Shown: piece after piece, positions 33,247 through 42,312 of the stretch
Layout: the number at the start of each line of letters is the position of its first letter
Position numbering within the stretch: position 1 is the first letter of the stretch
IMG/VR virus record: IMGVR_UViG_3300047157_000150
Strand: one strand, 5' to 3'
DNA: 64,000 bases
Origin: an uncultured virus (IMG/VR IMGVR_UViG_3300047157_000150)
Taxonomy: Duplodnaviria; Heunggongvirae; Uroviricota; Caudoviricetes
The notes under the pieces: model-generated
What the model was told of the DNA's origin: nothing
Database searches by the model: none
The model's input: only the letters and a program-made list of their open reading frames with translations
Translations under genes and position numbers: made by a program

Positions 33247-34785
33247 TCATTCTCCAATTAAGCAATCTGCTGTTAATACATAACCCGCTACGCTAACAGC
33301 CGAGCGTAGGGAAGACTTTACAACCTTTACAGGGTCAAAGACGGGTGCTTCCCTTGTGAACATATTATTGTTACCATCGTAAAGGAAGCCATCAGAAATA
33401 ACACTGTCTTGTTCAGTGTATAATTCTTTACCGTTAATGTTGTAATAGATTTTTTGAAGTGGTGACTTCAATGTTTTATAGAAAACATCTTCAATCTCAT
33501 TATATGGTTCTTTATTGTTAAACATTAGTCCTATGCTATATAGTTCCACACCAGCACCACGAATAACTCCTTCGGATATAGCGGCTCTTGTAGCATTCAA
33601 AGCATCATCAACTCTTTCCAATTTATTTTGAATCTCTTGTTCGGACATTCCACTAATACCGATAACTGCTGCATTACCTTGTAGTTTTCCATAGCGTACT
33701 GAATGTTTCTTTTTATAGAAATCATTCTCAGCCATAGATTCTTCAGTTTCAATTTCTTCAAGTCTATCAACAAGAGTATCAATGTCACCCATGAAACCTA
33801 AGAACGCCGCTTTCTTAGATGAGATAATTACCTTATTACATTGCCCGTAATAACTTGCGCTAATGTCTGCAATTGACATATCTAATTCTTTGTTAATCAT
33901 TTTACCACCTGTAAAGATAGCCAAGTCGTTTAACTTTTCAGTCTGCCAGAATGAAATGTCTTCTGCTTGAACAATACAAGCATTGATGTTTCCATTCACT
34001 TGATTCATAACATAGGTGTTTAAGGCAACTGCTCCAATAGAAGTACAAAGTACAACCAAAGGTCTATTTTTAGACTTTGCATATTCAAGTGCTGGGATAA
34101 GTTGAGCGAAGTCATTAATATCAGCGTTAGAAATTAATATCAAAGGCTTATCAAATGTCTTACTTTCACCAAACAATTTTGACAAAACAGGGTTAATATA
34201 TCCCTTATCACATTCAAACCCTTCAACGAAGGAAACAATGTCGTCACCCGTAGGAGAAGGTTCGACAGAAATTACACCGTCGTATCCAATTTTTTCAACG
34301 GCTTGGTAAATTAGTTCTGCCATTTGCTCGTCGTTATTTGCACTGATTTTTGCCACATCATAAATACCCCTACCTTCAATTTCTAAAGATAGAGCATCTA
34401 ATTCATCGCAAGTTTTTTTGCACAATCTTTCAAGTTCTGTACGGATAGCAACTCCTGTATATGTTCCCAAAAGTTCCTTACCTCTTTTGATAAGAGATTG
34501 AGCCATAATAGTCGAACTTGTAGTTCCATCACCTGCATTTTCTTGCGCTCTTGATGCCACTTCAATAACAAGTTTAGCACCTGCATTAGCCATTTTATCT
34601 TCAAGTACAATACTCTTAGCAACAGTTACTCCGTCATTGACAACCAATGGAGACAAACCATCTCTTCTATCAATGATTACACTTCTTGTCGCAGGGCCAA
34701 AGGTTACACCAACTGCATCAGCGACAGCATTCACGCCTTCGATTAACTTTTCTCTTGCTTCTTCTCCATGTAAAATTTTTCTCAT
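33247..34785 (-). CDS. groEL: Group I chaperonin
   Basis: VNDGVTVAK, AGDGTTS, ISANND, ERVDDALNATRAA, DPVKV. Confidence 0.95.
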   Translation of the reverse strand: MRKILHGEEAREKLIEGVNAVADAVGVTFGPATRSVIIDRRDGLSPLVVNDGVTVAKSIVLEDKMANAGAKLVIEVASRAQENAGDGTTSSTIMAQSLIKRGKELLGTYTGVAIRTELERLCKKTCDELDALSLEIEGRGIYDVAKISANNDEQMAELIYQAVEKIGYDGVISVEPSPTGDDIVSFVEGFECDKGYINPVLSKLFGESKTFDKPLILISNADINDFAQLIPALEYAKSKNRPLVVLCTSIGAVALNTYVMNQVNGNINACIVQAEDISFWQTEKLNDLAIFTGGKMINKELDMSIADISASYYGQCNKVIISSKKAAFLGFMGDIDTLVDRLEEIETEESMAENDFYKKKHSVRYGKLQGNAAVIGISGMSEQEIQNKLERVDDALNATRAAISEGVIRGAGVELYSIGLMFNNKEPYNEIEDVFYKTLKSPLQKIYYNINGKELYTEQDSVISDGFLYDGNNNMFTREAPVFDPVKVVKSSLRSAVSVAGYVLTADCLIGE

Positions 34786-35006
34786 CCTTTCACCGCCACT
34801 ACATCTTCTAATTTAATAGCAATATATTCTATTCCTTCATCGTGGAATGTATATCCATTTTTATAATAGACATACCTTCCAACCATATCACCAATTGGGG
34901 AATCATAAACGATTCCTCCGTTTTGGTTCGCATTCAATACAATACCACTGTCTGTGGTTGTTCTTCTTTCATTTCTTATTAATACATAGTCATTTATTTG
35001 TTTCAT
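34782..35006 (-). CDS. groES: Co-chaperonin
   Basis: MKQINDYVLI...TTDSGIVL...EDVVAV; adjacent to groEL. Confidence 0.8.
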   Translation of the reverse strand: MKQINDYVLIRNERRTTTDSGIVLNANQNGGIVYDSPIGDMVGRYVYYKNGYTFHDEGIEYIAIKLEDVVAVKG

Positions 35007-35280
35007 TTTTTTCACCTCATTAGTCCCCATGCAATTACTACAAGGGTAATCACATTTACAATTGAAACGCTTATCGCAATTTTATTTGTAATGTGTAGTT
35101 CGTTAGCCATTTTTTTAGTTAGTTCAATCAATGTGCTCATATCTTCTTTCATACTCGTTCACCGCCTGACCTATCCTCATCTCTTTCTCGTAACATTCAC
35201 GCAGGAACTTATAGGGTAGCCTATTAAGCATTACCCCAGCCCATTTTGTGAAAGCCACACCTTCTCCTTTTGTTGTCATA

Positions 35281-36120
35281 TTAAAAATCCTCCAATCCTT
35301 TCATTTTTCTTTTTGTTATTCTTTTCTTTCTTTCTTTCTTAATTCCTAAGACTTTACATTCTTCAGGTAAAAGTTTTCTTGCCGCCCACTTAGCATACTC
35401 TTCATTCTTTACAAGGCTACAAACCAAGTACCCGTCTGTGTCCTTTAGTCCTAACTTGCGACATATAGACGGAAATAGACTTGATGCCTTTCTTTGAGGG
35501 GGGACCATTTTTACATACGCCCCTTCCCAAGAGTAAGCCAATAATGCGTAAAAATATTCTTTGGGCCACCTATAAAGGGTTGAAGCCACGAACGCTAATT
35601 TATTATTGTTAGGTAAAGAGGCTGAAGCCCATGACAATATCTGCATAGGCGGTGGTTCATGTAATCGCACACCTTTGTAGAAATCATCACGGTTCTTCAT
35701 CTTAATGTAACTGCCCGTAAGTGACCACATATTTGCATCAAAGGTTTTAATCTCTTCGCAATTTTTAGCAAATAGGGTTTTTATTTTCATTTGATTACGG
35801 TTAAGTTTGCCACATAGTTTTACTTGACACGCATTAATGATAATTTTTGGAACATCCTTTTTATTATGTGATGTTAAAACCACTTCTCTACCTGAATATA
35901 TCAAATCCATAATCTTTTCTTTATCAGCCTTGTAATGCACATCTTCTATGATAATTGGTATATCCATAGGCCAAGAAAATACATCATCTATTGGTATATC
36001 GTTTGCCTGATATATAACAAAGTTGTTTTTTCTTAGTGATGCCTTAGCATTAAAGGTCTTGCCTGTACCCGATTTTCCTATAAAAATCTTAGGTTTCTTC
36101 TTCTCTATTGTTTTCTTCAT
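35281..36120 (-). CDS. RFC large subunit-like AAA+ protein
   Basis: GKSGTGKT, YQAND, IIIEDVH, C-terminal MKGLEDF PIP-like motif. Confidence 0.55.
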   Translation of the reverse strand: MKKTIEKKKPKIFIGKSGTGKTFNAKASLRKNNFVIYQANDIPIDDVFSWPMDIPIIIEDVHYKADKEKIMDLIYSGREVVLTSHNKKDVPKIIINACQVKLCGKLNRNQMKIKTLFAKNCEEIKTFDANMWSLTGSYIKMKNRDDFYKGVRLHEPPPMQILSWASASLPNNNKLAFVASTLYRWPKEYFYALLAYSWEGAYVKMVPPQRKASSLFPSICRKLGLKDTDGYLVCSLVKNEEYAKWAARKLLPEECKVLGIKKERKKRITKRKMKGLEDF

Positions 36121-36499
36121 TTAAAATCATCTCGAACTCATATCTACTATCGTTGTTCATATGTTCACCGTTGCGAACCATTTCCATTAACCGGATAAAT
36201 TTACCCCAAACTTTACTCTTTGACGGTACATTTTGGGGAAAAATGTCACATATTCGTAAAATATCAAGTCTTCTACGAATTACTATTGTGTCTACCCTAC
36301 GACCCCGTTCTCTTTTTAACTGACAATTAACTTGTAATCGTTCAAGTGCTTGAACTGTCGGCAAAAGCATCTGCACCGGTAGTCTTAATTTAATGTTATA
36401 TCTTGGTTCCCAACCTCTTTTACTAATAATACCAACACATCTAAACTGAGGTATGCCAGCGAGTAAAAGAATCCCTTGAATTTGTCCTTCTGTATATAT
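36089..36499 (-). CDS. LAGLIDADG-fold protein with apparent ATA start
   Basis: Frame open up to ATA at 36499 (IYTEGQIQGILLLAG); C-terminal FIRLMEMVRNGEH. Confidence 0.5.
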   Translation of the reverse strand: MYTEGQIQGILLLAGIPQFRCVGIISKRGWEPRYNIKLRLPVQMLLPTVQALERLQVNCQLKRERGRRVDTIVIRRRLDILRICDIFPQNVPSKSKVWGKFIRLMEMVRNGEHMNNDSRYEFEMILNEENNREEET

Positions 36500-36724
36500 T
36501 TAAAGTCCACCTAGAGTATCATACAAAGTGATTTCCCACTTATGGAACTCTGAGTGTCCTTTAATAAACATTCCGGCTTTATCTTTAGGGCCTACGAATT
36601 TTTCTCCACATACGAAACAATGAACAGCAACTATCTCACTACCTCTTTTGACTCCATCGTGACTAATTATATCCACAATATTGCCTTCTTCGATAGGTTC
36701 TTGGTCTAAATCATCATCCCACAT
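36500..36724 (-). CDS. C2H2-like zinc finger protein
   Basis: CFVC...H...H. Confidence 0.55.
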   Translation of the reverse strand: MWDDDLDQEPIEEGNIVDIISHDGVKRGSEIVAVHCFVCGEKFVGPKDKAGMFIKGHSEFHKWEITLYDTLGGL

Positions 36725-37028
36725 GTTCTCTCATGTATTCCCTGAGAGTTTTATTCTTATTATACTTTGCATCAGGTGAGGAGACATTTTTCGTTTTCGT
36801 GATTTTAGTTTCCGTTTTATTTTTCATTAAGTTTTCTAAGATTTTATAAAGTTTTTTAGCAGACTTATCATATCTTTTTTTATCCGCATCTTTCCATGCT
36901 GAATAATTACTGAGTGGTGACTCTTTATAAAGTCCCATATCTTCTTCTAATACCTCCCACAAAATGCTTTCTAAAAGTCTACTAATTCCCTCTTCAACAG
37001 TTTTTGGTGCTTCTTCATCGTCATACAT
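36714..37028 (-). CDS. Hypothetical protein
   Basis: ORF in operon. Confidence 0.5.
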   Translation of the reverse strand: MYDDEEAPKTVEEGISRLLESILWEVLEEDMGLYKESPLSNYSAWKDADKKRYDKSAKKLYKILENLMKNKTETKITKTKNVSSPDAKYNKNKTLREYMREHVG

Positions 37029-37032
37029 AATA

Positions 37033-37230
37033 TCAACTCAATGGTGATGCTGTAATTTCTTCTAATGTCCATCGAAGAGTTTTCATAACACCTCGTAGGG
37101 CTGTGTAATTACGCAAACATTCTGCATTTTCTTTCGTATCCATTGTTCGTGAATGGAAACGGTCACGCCAAAACTTTGCTTCTTCTTCTGCCTGTAATAA
37201 CATTGCTTTTAATTCTTCTTCGCTTTTCAT
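37033..37230 (-). CDS. Hypothetical protein
   Basis: ORF in operon, SD GGAGA. Confidence 0.55.
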   Translation of the reverse strand: MKSEEELKAMLLQAEEEAKFWRDRFHSRTMDTKENAECLRNYTALRGVMKTLRWTLEEITASPLS

Positions 37231-37232
37231 AT

Positions 37233-37493
37233 TTATTTCTCCTTATAATCTGGGTGATTTTTCGGCAATCTATGAAGTCTGCGGTCACACATATTTTGCA
37301 TATATTGTGCCACACTTGCTACTGATTGCCCAAATCTTTTTTCCGCTACATCATCATTAGCGGGAACCATGTCATACTTAACACGCTCAAGTGCTTCAGC
37401 AATTACTGAAGAATCAAGAAGTGCTTGTAGGATTTCATATTCACCGTGAGTGACTGTTTTAATCCTCGACATTTTTTTCACCCCATAGTGCAT
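37233..37493 (-). CDS. Hypothetical protein
   Basis: ORF in operon; probable start MSRIK after GGTGA. Confidence 0.55.
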   Translation of the reverse strand: MHYGVKKMSRIKTVTHGEYEILQALLDSSVIAEALERVKYDMVPANDDVAEKRFGQSVASVAQYMQNMCDRRLHRLPKNHPDYKEK

Positions 37494-37600
37494 GAGTAAA
37501 TCCCAAAGTATAGTTACGAATCAAAACGAGTTTCGTAACCAACGCTTTTTGACTTGATTTATTCGCCATCTCGATTGCTTCATCTAATTGCACTATTAAA

Positions 37601-37927
37601 TTATTCAGCATTCCAATCACCAAACTGTTCTTCTACCATAGCCGCCCAACTTTGATATGTTGATTCATGTTCTCTTGAAATTACTTCATCTGTATGGGCT
37701 TCTTCATCTATTTCATCCACACGATTATCCAACATTGTAAGGTATGCCAATCGAACATCTGTTGCTCTTAAGCGGGAATTATCACCACGCTTTTGTGCTT
37801 CATAGTTCGACAAGTTAACCAATGCTTCAATCAATTGCTTCGCTCTTTCTTGAAATTCAATTGCCGCATCTTGTGTGACACCACGCTTTCCTTTCCACAT
37901 TCTCATTATTTCTCTAATACTAACCAT
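37601..37927 (-). CDS. Histone-fold protein with acidic C-terminal tail
   Basis: IREIMR...GVTQDAAIEFQERAKQLIEALVNLSNYEAQKRG..RLRATDVRLAY follows the HMf-type pattern. Confidence 0.65.
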   Translation of the reverse strand: MVSIREIMRMWKGKRGVTQDAAIEFQERAKQLIEALVNLSNYEAQKRGDNSRLRATDVRLAYLTMLDNRVDEIDEEAHTDEVISREHESTYQSWAAMVEEQFGDWNAE

Positions 37928-38331
37928 TTTTTCAGTCCTCCTTCTTTATAAAAGTGTTTTGTTTCAGCAGTTTGGATATTAATACATATCCACATTGAAC
38001 CTATTAGACTGCTAATCTCTAATACTTCCCAATTCTTTTTGAGAATACCCAATGTTTTCATAATCATTCCGGAACCATAAATTGTATTATATTCCTTAGA
38101 AAGTGTAGGCAAGTTATCATGCACATATTGAACTATATGCGGCTGTTGAATACTTGCCCACACCTCCCCACTTATTTCAAAAAACCCTGTTCCATTACAT
38201 ACGATACATTTATTTCCCTCGCATACGGGACACTCAATTTCCCTATCACCAAAGGTAGGAAACCTTACAGTTCGAAGGCTTCTTTGTCTACTACTTTTGT
38301 CATTCTTTCTCCTGTTTCCGTCTTTTCCCAT
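37906..38331 (-). CDS. DnaJ-type zinc finger protein (start uncertain)
   Basis: CPVCEG..CIVCNGTG. Confidence 0.5.
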   Translation of the reverse strand: MGKDGNRRKNDKSSRQRSLRTVRFPTFGDREIECPVCEGNKCIVCNGTGFFEISGEVWASIQQPHIVQYVHDNLPTLSKEYNTIYGSGMIMKTLGILKKNWEVLEISSLIGSMWICINIQTAETKHFYKEGGLKKWLVLEK

Positions 38332-38999
38332 ATCATGTGTTCTCCTTTTCCAATTACAATTGCTTCCTTATTTAATGGTCGCCAATTACGCAAGGTTCTG
38401 TTATCAGTACCCGACCAAAAGGCATAGCCAAATGGATGAGTATGAATCCAACAACGGATAGGAATACTCATCCCCGTTACATTAACTCCGTTGTAATCAA
38501 CATAGCCCGGACTTCCACTGTTCATAAACAATTTTCCCTTTCGGTCTATGATAACTGATACTTCAAGTCCCGGTAGAATACTAGTAGAAGCATTCCATAT
38601 TGCATCTAAAAATCTACGGTCACGAGGAATATCTTCTCCCTTTCGCAATAAATGTTCCCAAACTTCTTTGATTTCTTTCTGCCAGACCTCCGGGGCAATA
38701 TCAGTATGTTGGATATTTAGAGGACCTTTGGGTTCTGTTCCTCGGAAAAAAGAACTCATAACTCCACCTTCGTACTTAGGTTCAACTTTAGCACCGTAAG
38801 TTTGTAGGGTTTCTTGAACCCAATCAGTGTTATCTTCTTCACGAATAATTGCGGCGACTTCATAATTACCATTGATAACCAATTCGTCGATGTATTCTCC
38901 TTCGTGTATCGGCTCCCAAGTTTCGTAGAACAAGTCTACCATGTCCTCAGTCACTTCTTCTTCATGTCCAATTATTTCTTCTCTTACAATTCTATCCAT
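38265..38999 (-). CDS. JAB/MPN (JAMM) metalloprotease
   Basis: E(VS)...HTH-PFGYAFW-S-GT-D matches ExnHxHx7Sx2D. Confidence 0.85.
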   Translation of the reverse strand: MDRIVREEIIGHEEEVTEDMVDLFYETWEPIHEGEYIDELVINGNYEVAAIIREEDNTDWVQETLQTYGAKVEPKYEGGVMSSFFRGTEPKGPLNIQHTDIAPEVWQKEIKEVWEHLLRKGEDIPRDRRFLDAIWNASTSILPGLEVSVIIDRKGKLFMNSGSPGYVDYNGVNVTGMSIPIRCWIHTHPFGYAFWSGTDNRTLRNWRPLNKEAIVIGKGEHMIWEKTETGERMTKVVDKEAFEL

Positions 39000-39220
39000 T
39001 ATTAATCATCCTCTTGTTATTTTTTTTACACTTTGGGCATCTCCTTTCGGGAACCCTAAATGCTAATCCAGCACCACATTTAGTGCAGAAATTCTTTGTT
39101 CTTTTCATCAATCATCTCCCCCGTAATTATCATCTTCTTTGTTATTTTTAGGGTAAATTTTGAGAACTTTTTTGTACTCTCTATTCAACTTTCGAAGTTG
39201 TCTTCGCAATAACCAATTTC

Positions 39221-39802
39221 TCATGCGCTCACCACAATATGTTTTGGAGTATAATCTCCAGAAAAGAAACGCTGAACCCATTGTGCGCCATAACCTGCAA
39301 CCGCTACATGGGTAAAGTGAACTCCTTGATTGCTTCTATCCCAATTATCACCTTGACATGAGAAAGAACCATCAGGCCCCGTTGTTAATGTTGTGTAAAG
39401 TTTGGGGTCTTCATCCGAACTTACAAGCAAACCAGCACGACCTTGCGCTCTTAAATCAAGCCATCGAACTTCGGACTTGTAAAGCATCTTTCGCACATCT
39501 AAGTTATCAGCACAGCATATAACTAAGTCATAACCTTGAATCTGAGAAGGTGTAAGAACCTTGTAAGGTTGTGCATTAAATTTGTAATTTTGTGCAAGTG
39601 CTTCGGGCTTACTCAACCCTATATGGTCCTTGTCAAAGTTTTGATAACTCAAGTTTTTTGTTTCAACAACATCGGGGTCATACACTGTAATGTCATACAA
39701 CATTTTTTTAGTTTCACCCATTCTGTTTGCTCTATCCAATAGTGAAATTAGGTAAGACCCAATTCCACCGCATCCAATAATCATTATTTTATTTTTATTC
39801 AT
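39221..39802 (-). CDS. ThiF/MoeB/E1-like adenylyltransferase
   Basis: IIGCGGIGS, DPDVVETKNLSYQNF, KPEAL, DLVICCADN. Confidence 0.9.
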   Translation of the reverse strand: MNKNKIMIIGCGGIGSYLISLLDRANRMGETKKMLYDITVYDPDVVETKNLSYQNFDKDHIGLSKPEALAQNYKFNAQPYKVLTPSQIQGYDLVICCADNLDVRKMLYKSEVRWLDLRAQGRAGLLVSSDEDPKLYTTLTTGPDGSFSCQGDNWDRSNQGVHFTHVAVAGYGAQWVQRFFSGDYTPKHIVVSA

Positions 39803-40410
39803 ATATATTCCTCCAGTTTTTTTACATGTCGCCATACGGTATTTTCACTTACATGAAACATTCTCGCTACCTTACCATATGACAAGTCGGTAGCCAAATA
39901 TATACAAGACATAAGAACTTCTTTCGTAAGTTCCATATGTTTTGCAATATTTGTAATTAATTCATTCGCATTGATGCCTTGTGTATTACAGAACTCATGC
40001 GCTTCTTCAACTGAATAAACTAAGTCTATGTTGAAAACATCCTGTAATCTTTTAACAACGGTTTTAGCCCTGCGTGTTTTTACTCCCATAAAGCCGCCCA
40101 ACTTTGATATGTTGAGCGACTTGTTGTTAAGGAACACTACTGCTACTGCAAGTTCCGACATAGTATAATTACCCTTGAGCAAGGCAACATAAGATGAGCG
40201 AAACATTCTTTTAATTTGTTCTGTTTTTTCTAATTCAAACTCACCACAAAGTAATGATAGTTCGACTAAATTTCTGTCCACTTCGGTGTGTGGCTTAATT
40301 TCCATAATCCTTGATACATTAATCAGCCCACATTTGCTACAAACAAAAAGGTTTAACCCTTTGTCAAATTTGTTGGTACTTGAGCAATACAGACACGGCA
40401 TTCCAATCAA
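39799..40410 (-). CDS. tfb: Transcription factor B (TFB/TFIIB)-like
   Basis: Zn ribbon CLYC...VCSKCGLI, two cyclin-like repeats (AVAVVFL; SCIYLA), HTH VARMFHVSENTV. Confidence 0.7.
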   Translation of the reverse strand: MIGMPCLYCSSTNKFDKGLNLFVCSKCGLINVSRIMEIKPHTEVDRNLVELSLLCGEFELEKTEQIKRMFRSSYVALLKGNYTMSELAVAVVFLNNKSLNISKLGGFMGVKTRRAKTVVKRLQDVFNIDLVYSVEEAHEFCNTQGINANELITNIAKHMELTKEVLMSCIYLATDLSYGKVARMFHVSENTVWRHVKKLEEYI

Positions 40411-41617
40411 CTCTATGTTCAGGGTGGTAAGTTTGGTAACCTCTCAAGGTAGACACTAATTTAAAACTCGAAGTGTCGTTTAATAGTGCCATTGACCTTG
40501 CAGCAAATTGGTCACCCAAAGAAACATTATTATGCTGTTGGTCGATACATATTGGTCCTATTGCATAGAAGTTGTCACCGCTATCTTTGCATCTCCATAG
40601 TGATGTGCTACCTCTTATAACAGGCAAGGTTTTTGTTGAGACATATGAATCGCGTTCATCATCCCAATTATAATTTTCCATAGACAATAACAAGTAAGTA
40701 GAAACATCTTGCCTTCCAGCCTTATAACCGTTATCTACTACTAGCCAATCACACTGTTTCCCACTAACAGCCATTGACTTTTTAGGCTCACCATTTTCCT
40801 CTAAGACTACCTCACGAGAAAAGATTCTACCCTTAAATGTTTTTGTTAAATTTTCGAACAATTCCATGCTTCTCCTTTGTACCAAAGAAGACTTACGATT
40901 CTGTGATAAAAACGCATAAACTGTTTTGATTTCTAGTGGAGATAGAAATTCCTTGCGGGAAAGATAATAGAGTTCTTCAGGACTGATACCTAAAAATTTA
41001 TTTTTATTACCTTTACAAGAATTAATGAATGATTTCATTTGTGTATCTTTAAATTCGACCCACATACCCTCATAAAGTTCTATTGCTGAGTGCTCTACAC
41101 TTGTTTTTTCTAGGTTCAAAAGAGTAACTATCTTACCGGATTTAGAATCATAAAAGGTGTACTCTATTTTATTTACGATTGCCGCCGCAATTACAGGGTC
41201 GGTGTTAATAATTCTATCAATAAACAAATCCATTTGATTCTGACTTTCTACAATATTAAGGTTCATCAATATACTTGGAACCACTGAATTTAGTTTTGAC
41301 TTGGTAACTTTATTTCCGTTTAGGTAGTAAGCCTTTTCATGTCTTTGAAAAATTATAACTACCCCTCTTCTGCCATATGCAAACACATCTTCACGCTTGA
41401 ACGCATTGTTTAGTGTTTTGACAACTGTTCTTGCAAAATAGTTAACAGATTGGTCAAATCCCTCTCTTATATTGTGGTCATTACTTTGTCCACCGTATCT
41501 ATACCTTCTGTAATGATTAGCAGTTGAAACTGTACTTCTGAAGGTTACGATTCGTCCATTTCTACCACTAAAATTGACATTTACGGGCATAACATCTGTA
41601 ATAAATGTTTCACTCAT
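40364..41617 (-). CDS. Hypothetical protein with Cys-containing C-terminal domain (divergent E2 candidate)
   Basis: GPICIDQQHNNVSLGDQFAARSMALLND; upstream of E1 and JAB. Confidence 0.45.
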   Translation of the reverse strand: MSETFITDVMPVNVNFSGRNGRIVTFRSTVSTANHYRRYRYGGQSNDHNIREGFDQSVNYFARTVVKTLNNAFKREDVFAYGRRGVVIIFQRHEKAYYLNGNKVTKSKLNSVVPSILMNLNIVESQNQMDLFIDRIINTDPVIAAAIVNKIEYTFYDSKSGKIVTLLNLEKTSVEHSAIELYEGMWVEFKDTQMKSFINSCKGNKNKFLGISPEELYYLSRKEFLSPLEIKTVYAFLSQNRKSSLVQRRSMELFENLTKTFKGRIFSREVVLEENGEPKKSMAVSGKQCDWLVVDNGYKAGRQDVSTYLLLSMENYNWDDERDSYVSTKTLPVIRGSTSLWRCKDSGDNFYAIGPICIDQQHNNVSLGDQFAARSMALLNDTSSFKLVSTLRGYQTYHPEHRVDWNAVSVLLKYQQI

Positions 41618-41849
41618 TTTCTTCATCCTCTTGTGCAAATCTAATTTGTTCTCTCAAGAAACCGTCGCATAAAAGCGTAAGTTTCTCTTGCATTTGTTGT
41701 GCCATTCCCGGTATTGCATTTCTCATTAACCCCAACCAAATGCGGTGGTGGTTGTTAATATACAAAACAGGGTGTAATGCTTCATTATCCATAGCAATAG
41801 TAATTGGTGGTAGTTCAGCATCGTCTACAATGTGAAATTCGATTCTCAT
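41610..41849 (-). CDS. Hypothetical protein
   Basis: Coupled ORF. Confidence 0.55.
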   Translation of the reverse strand: MRIEFHIVDDAELPPITIAMDNEALHPVLYINNHHRIWLGLMRNAIPGMAQQMQEKLTLLCDGFLREQIRFAQEDEENE

Positions 41850-42046
41850 TGTTTATCCCCCAAATCTTTTAGGTATTCCAAGTGTGGCTTCTTCAGCGTT
41901 TGTCTACTTACCATTACATGAGGGAATTGCGTATAAAGAACAGGCAACACCTCTAGCAATTTAGTTTCATCTTCATAAGTCTTAGTCCAAACCGAACCAT
42001 TCGATTTGAAACTCGTCACTCTAAAAATTATATTTTCTTTTTCCAT
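41846..42046 (-). CDS. Hypothetical protein
   Basis: Coupled ORF. Confidence 0.5.
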   Translation of the reverse strand: MEKENIIFRVTSFKSNGSVWTKTYEDETKLLEVLPVLYTQFPHVMVSRQTLKKPHLEYLKDLGDKQ

Positions 42047-42312
42047 ATTTTTTCATCTCCTTTATCATTTACTCTTTGGTACTGTGGGTTATTTTTTAGA
42101 TACATGGCTACCTCTTGGGTAGTAGGTATTACTCTTCTAATTCGCCCTCCATGTGTAGGCAAATCTATTACTGCTGATATTATTTGTTTATTGCTACGAG
42201 GTTCCCCATCCTCCATAACAGTATCAATTGGTATCAGTGCGTGTTTCTTCTTAAATTTCACAGACTCCACCAGCACAAGCAATTTCTCCCTTGAGGTCTG
42301 TATTGTCCTCAA
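42028..42312 (-). CDS. Possible winged-helix protein
   Basis: GEPRSNKQII...PTTQEVAMYLK; start uncertain. Confidence 0.45.
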   Translation of the reverse strand: MRTIQTSREKLLVLVESVKFKKKHALIPIDTVMEDGEPRSNKQIISAVIDLPTHGGRIRRVIPTTQEVAMYLKNNPQYQRVNDKGDEKIWKKKI

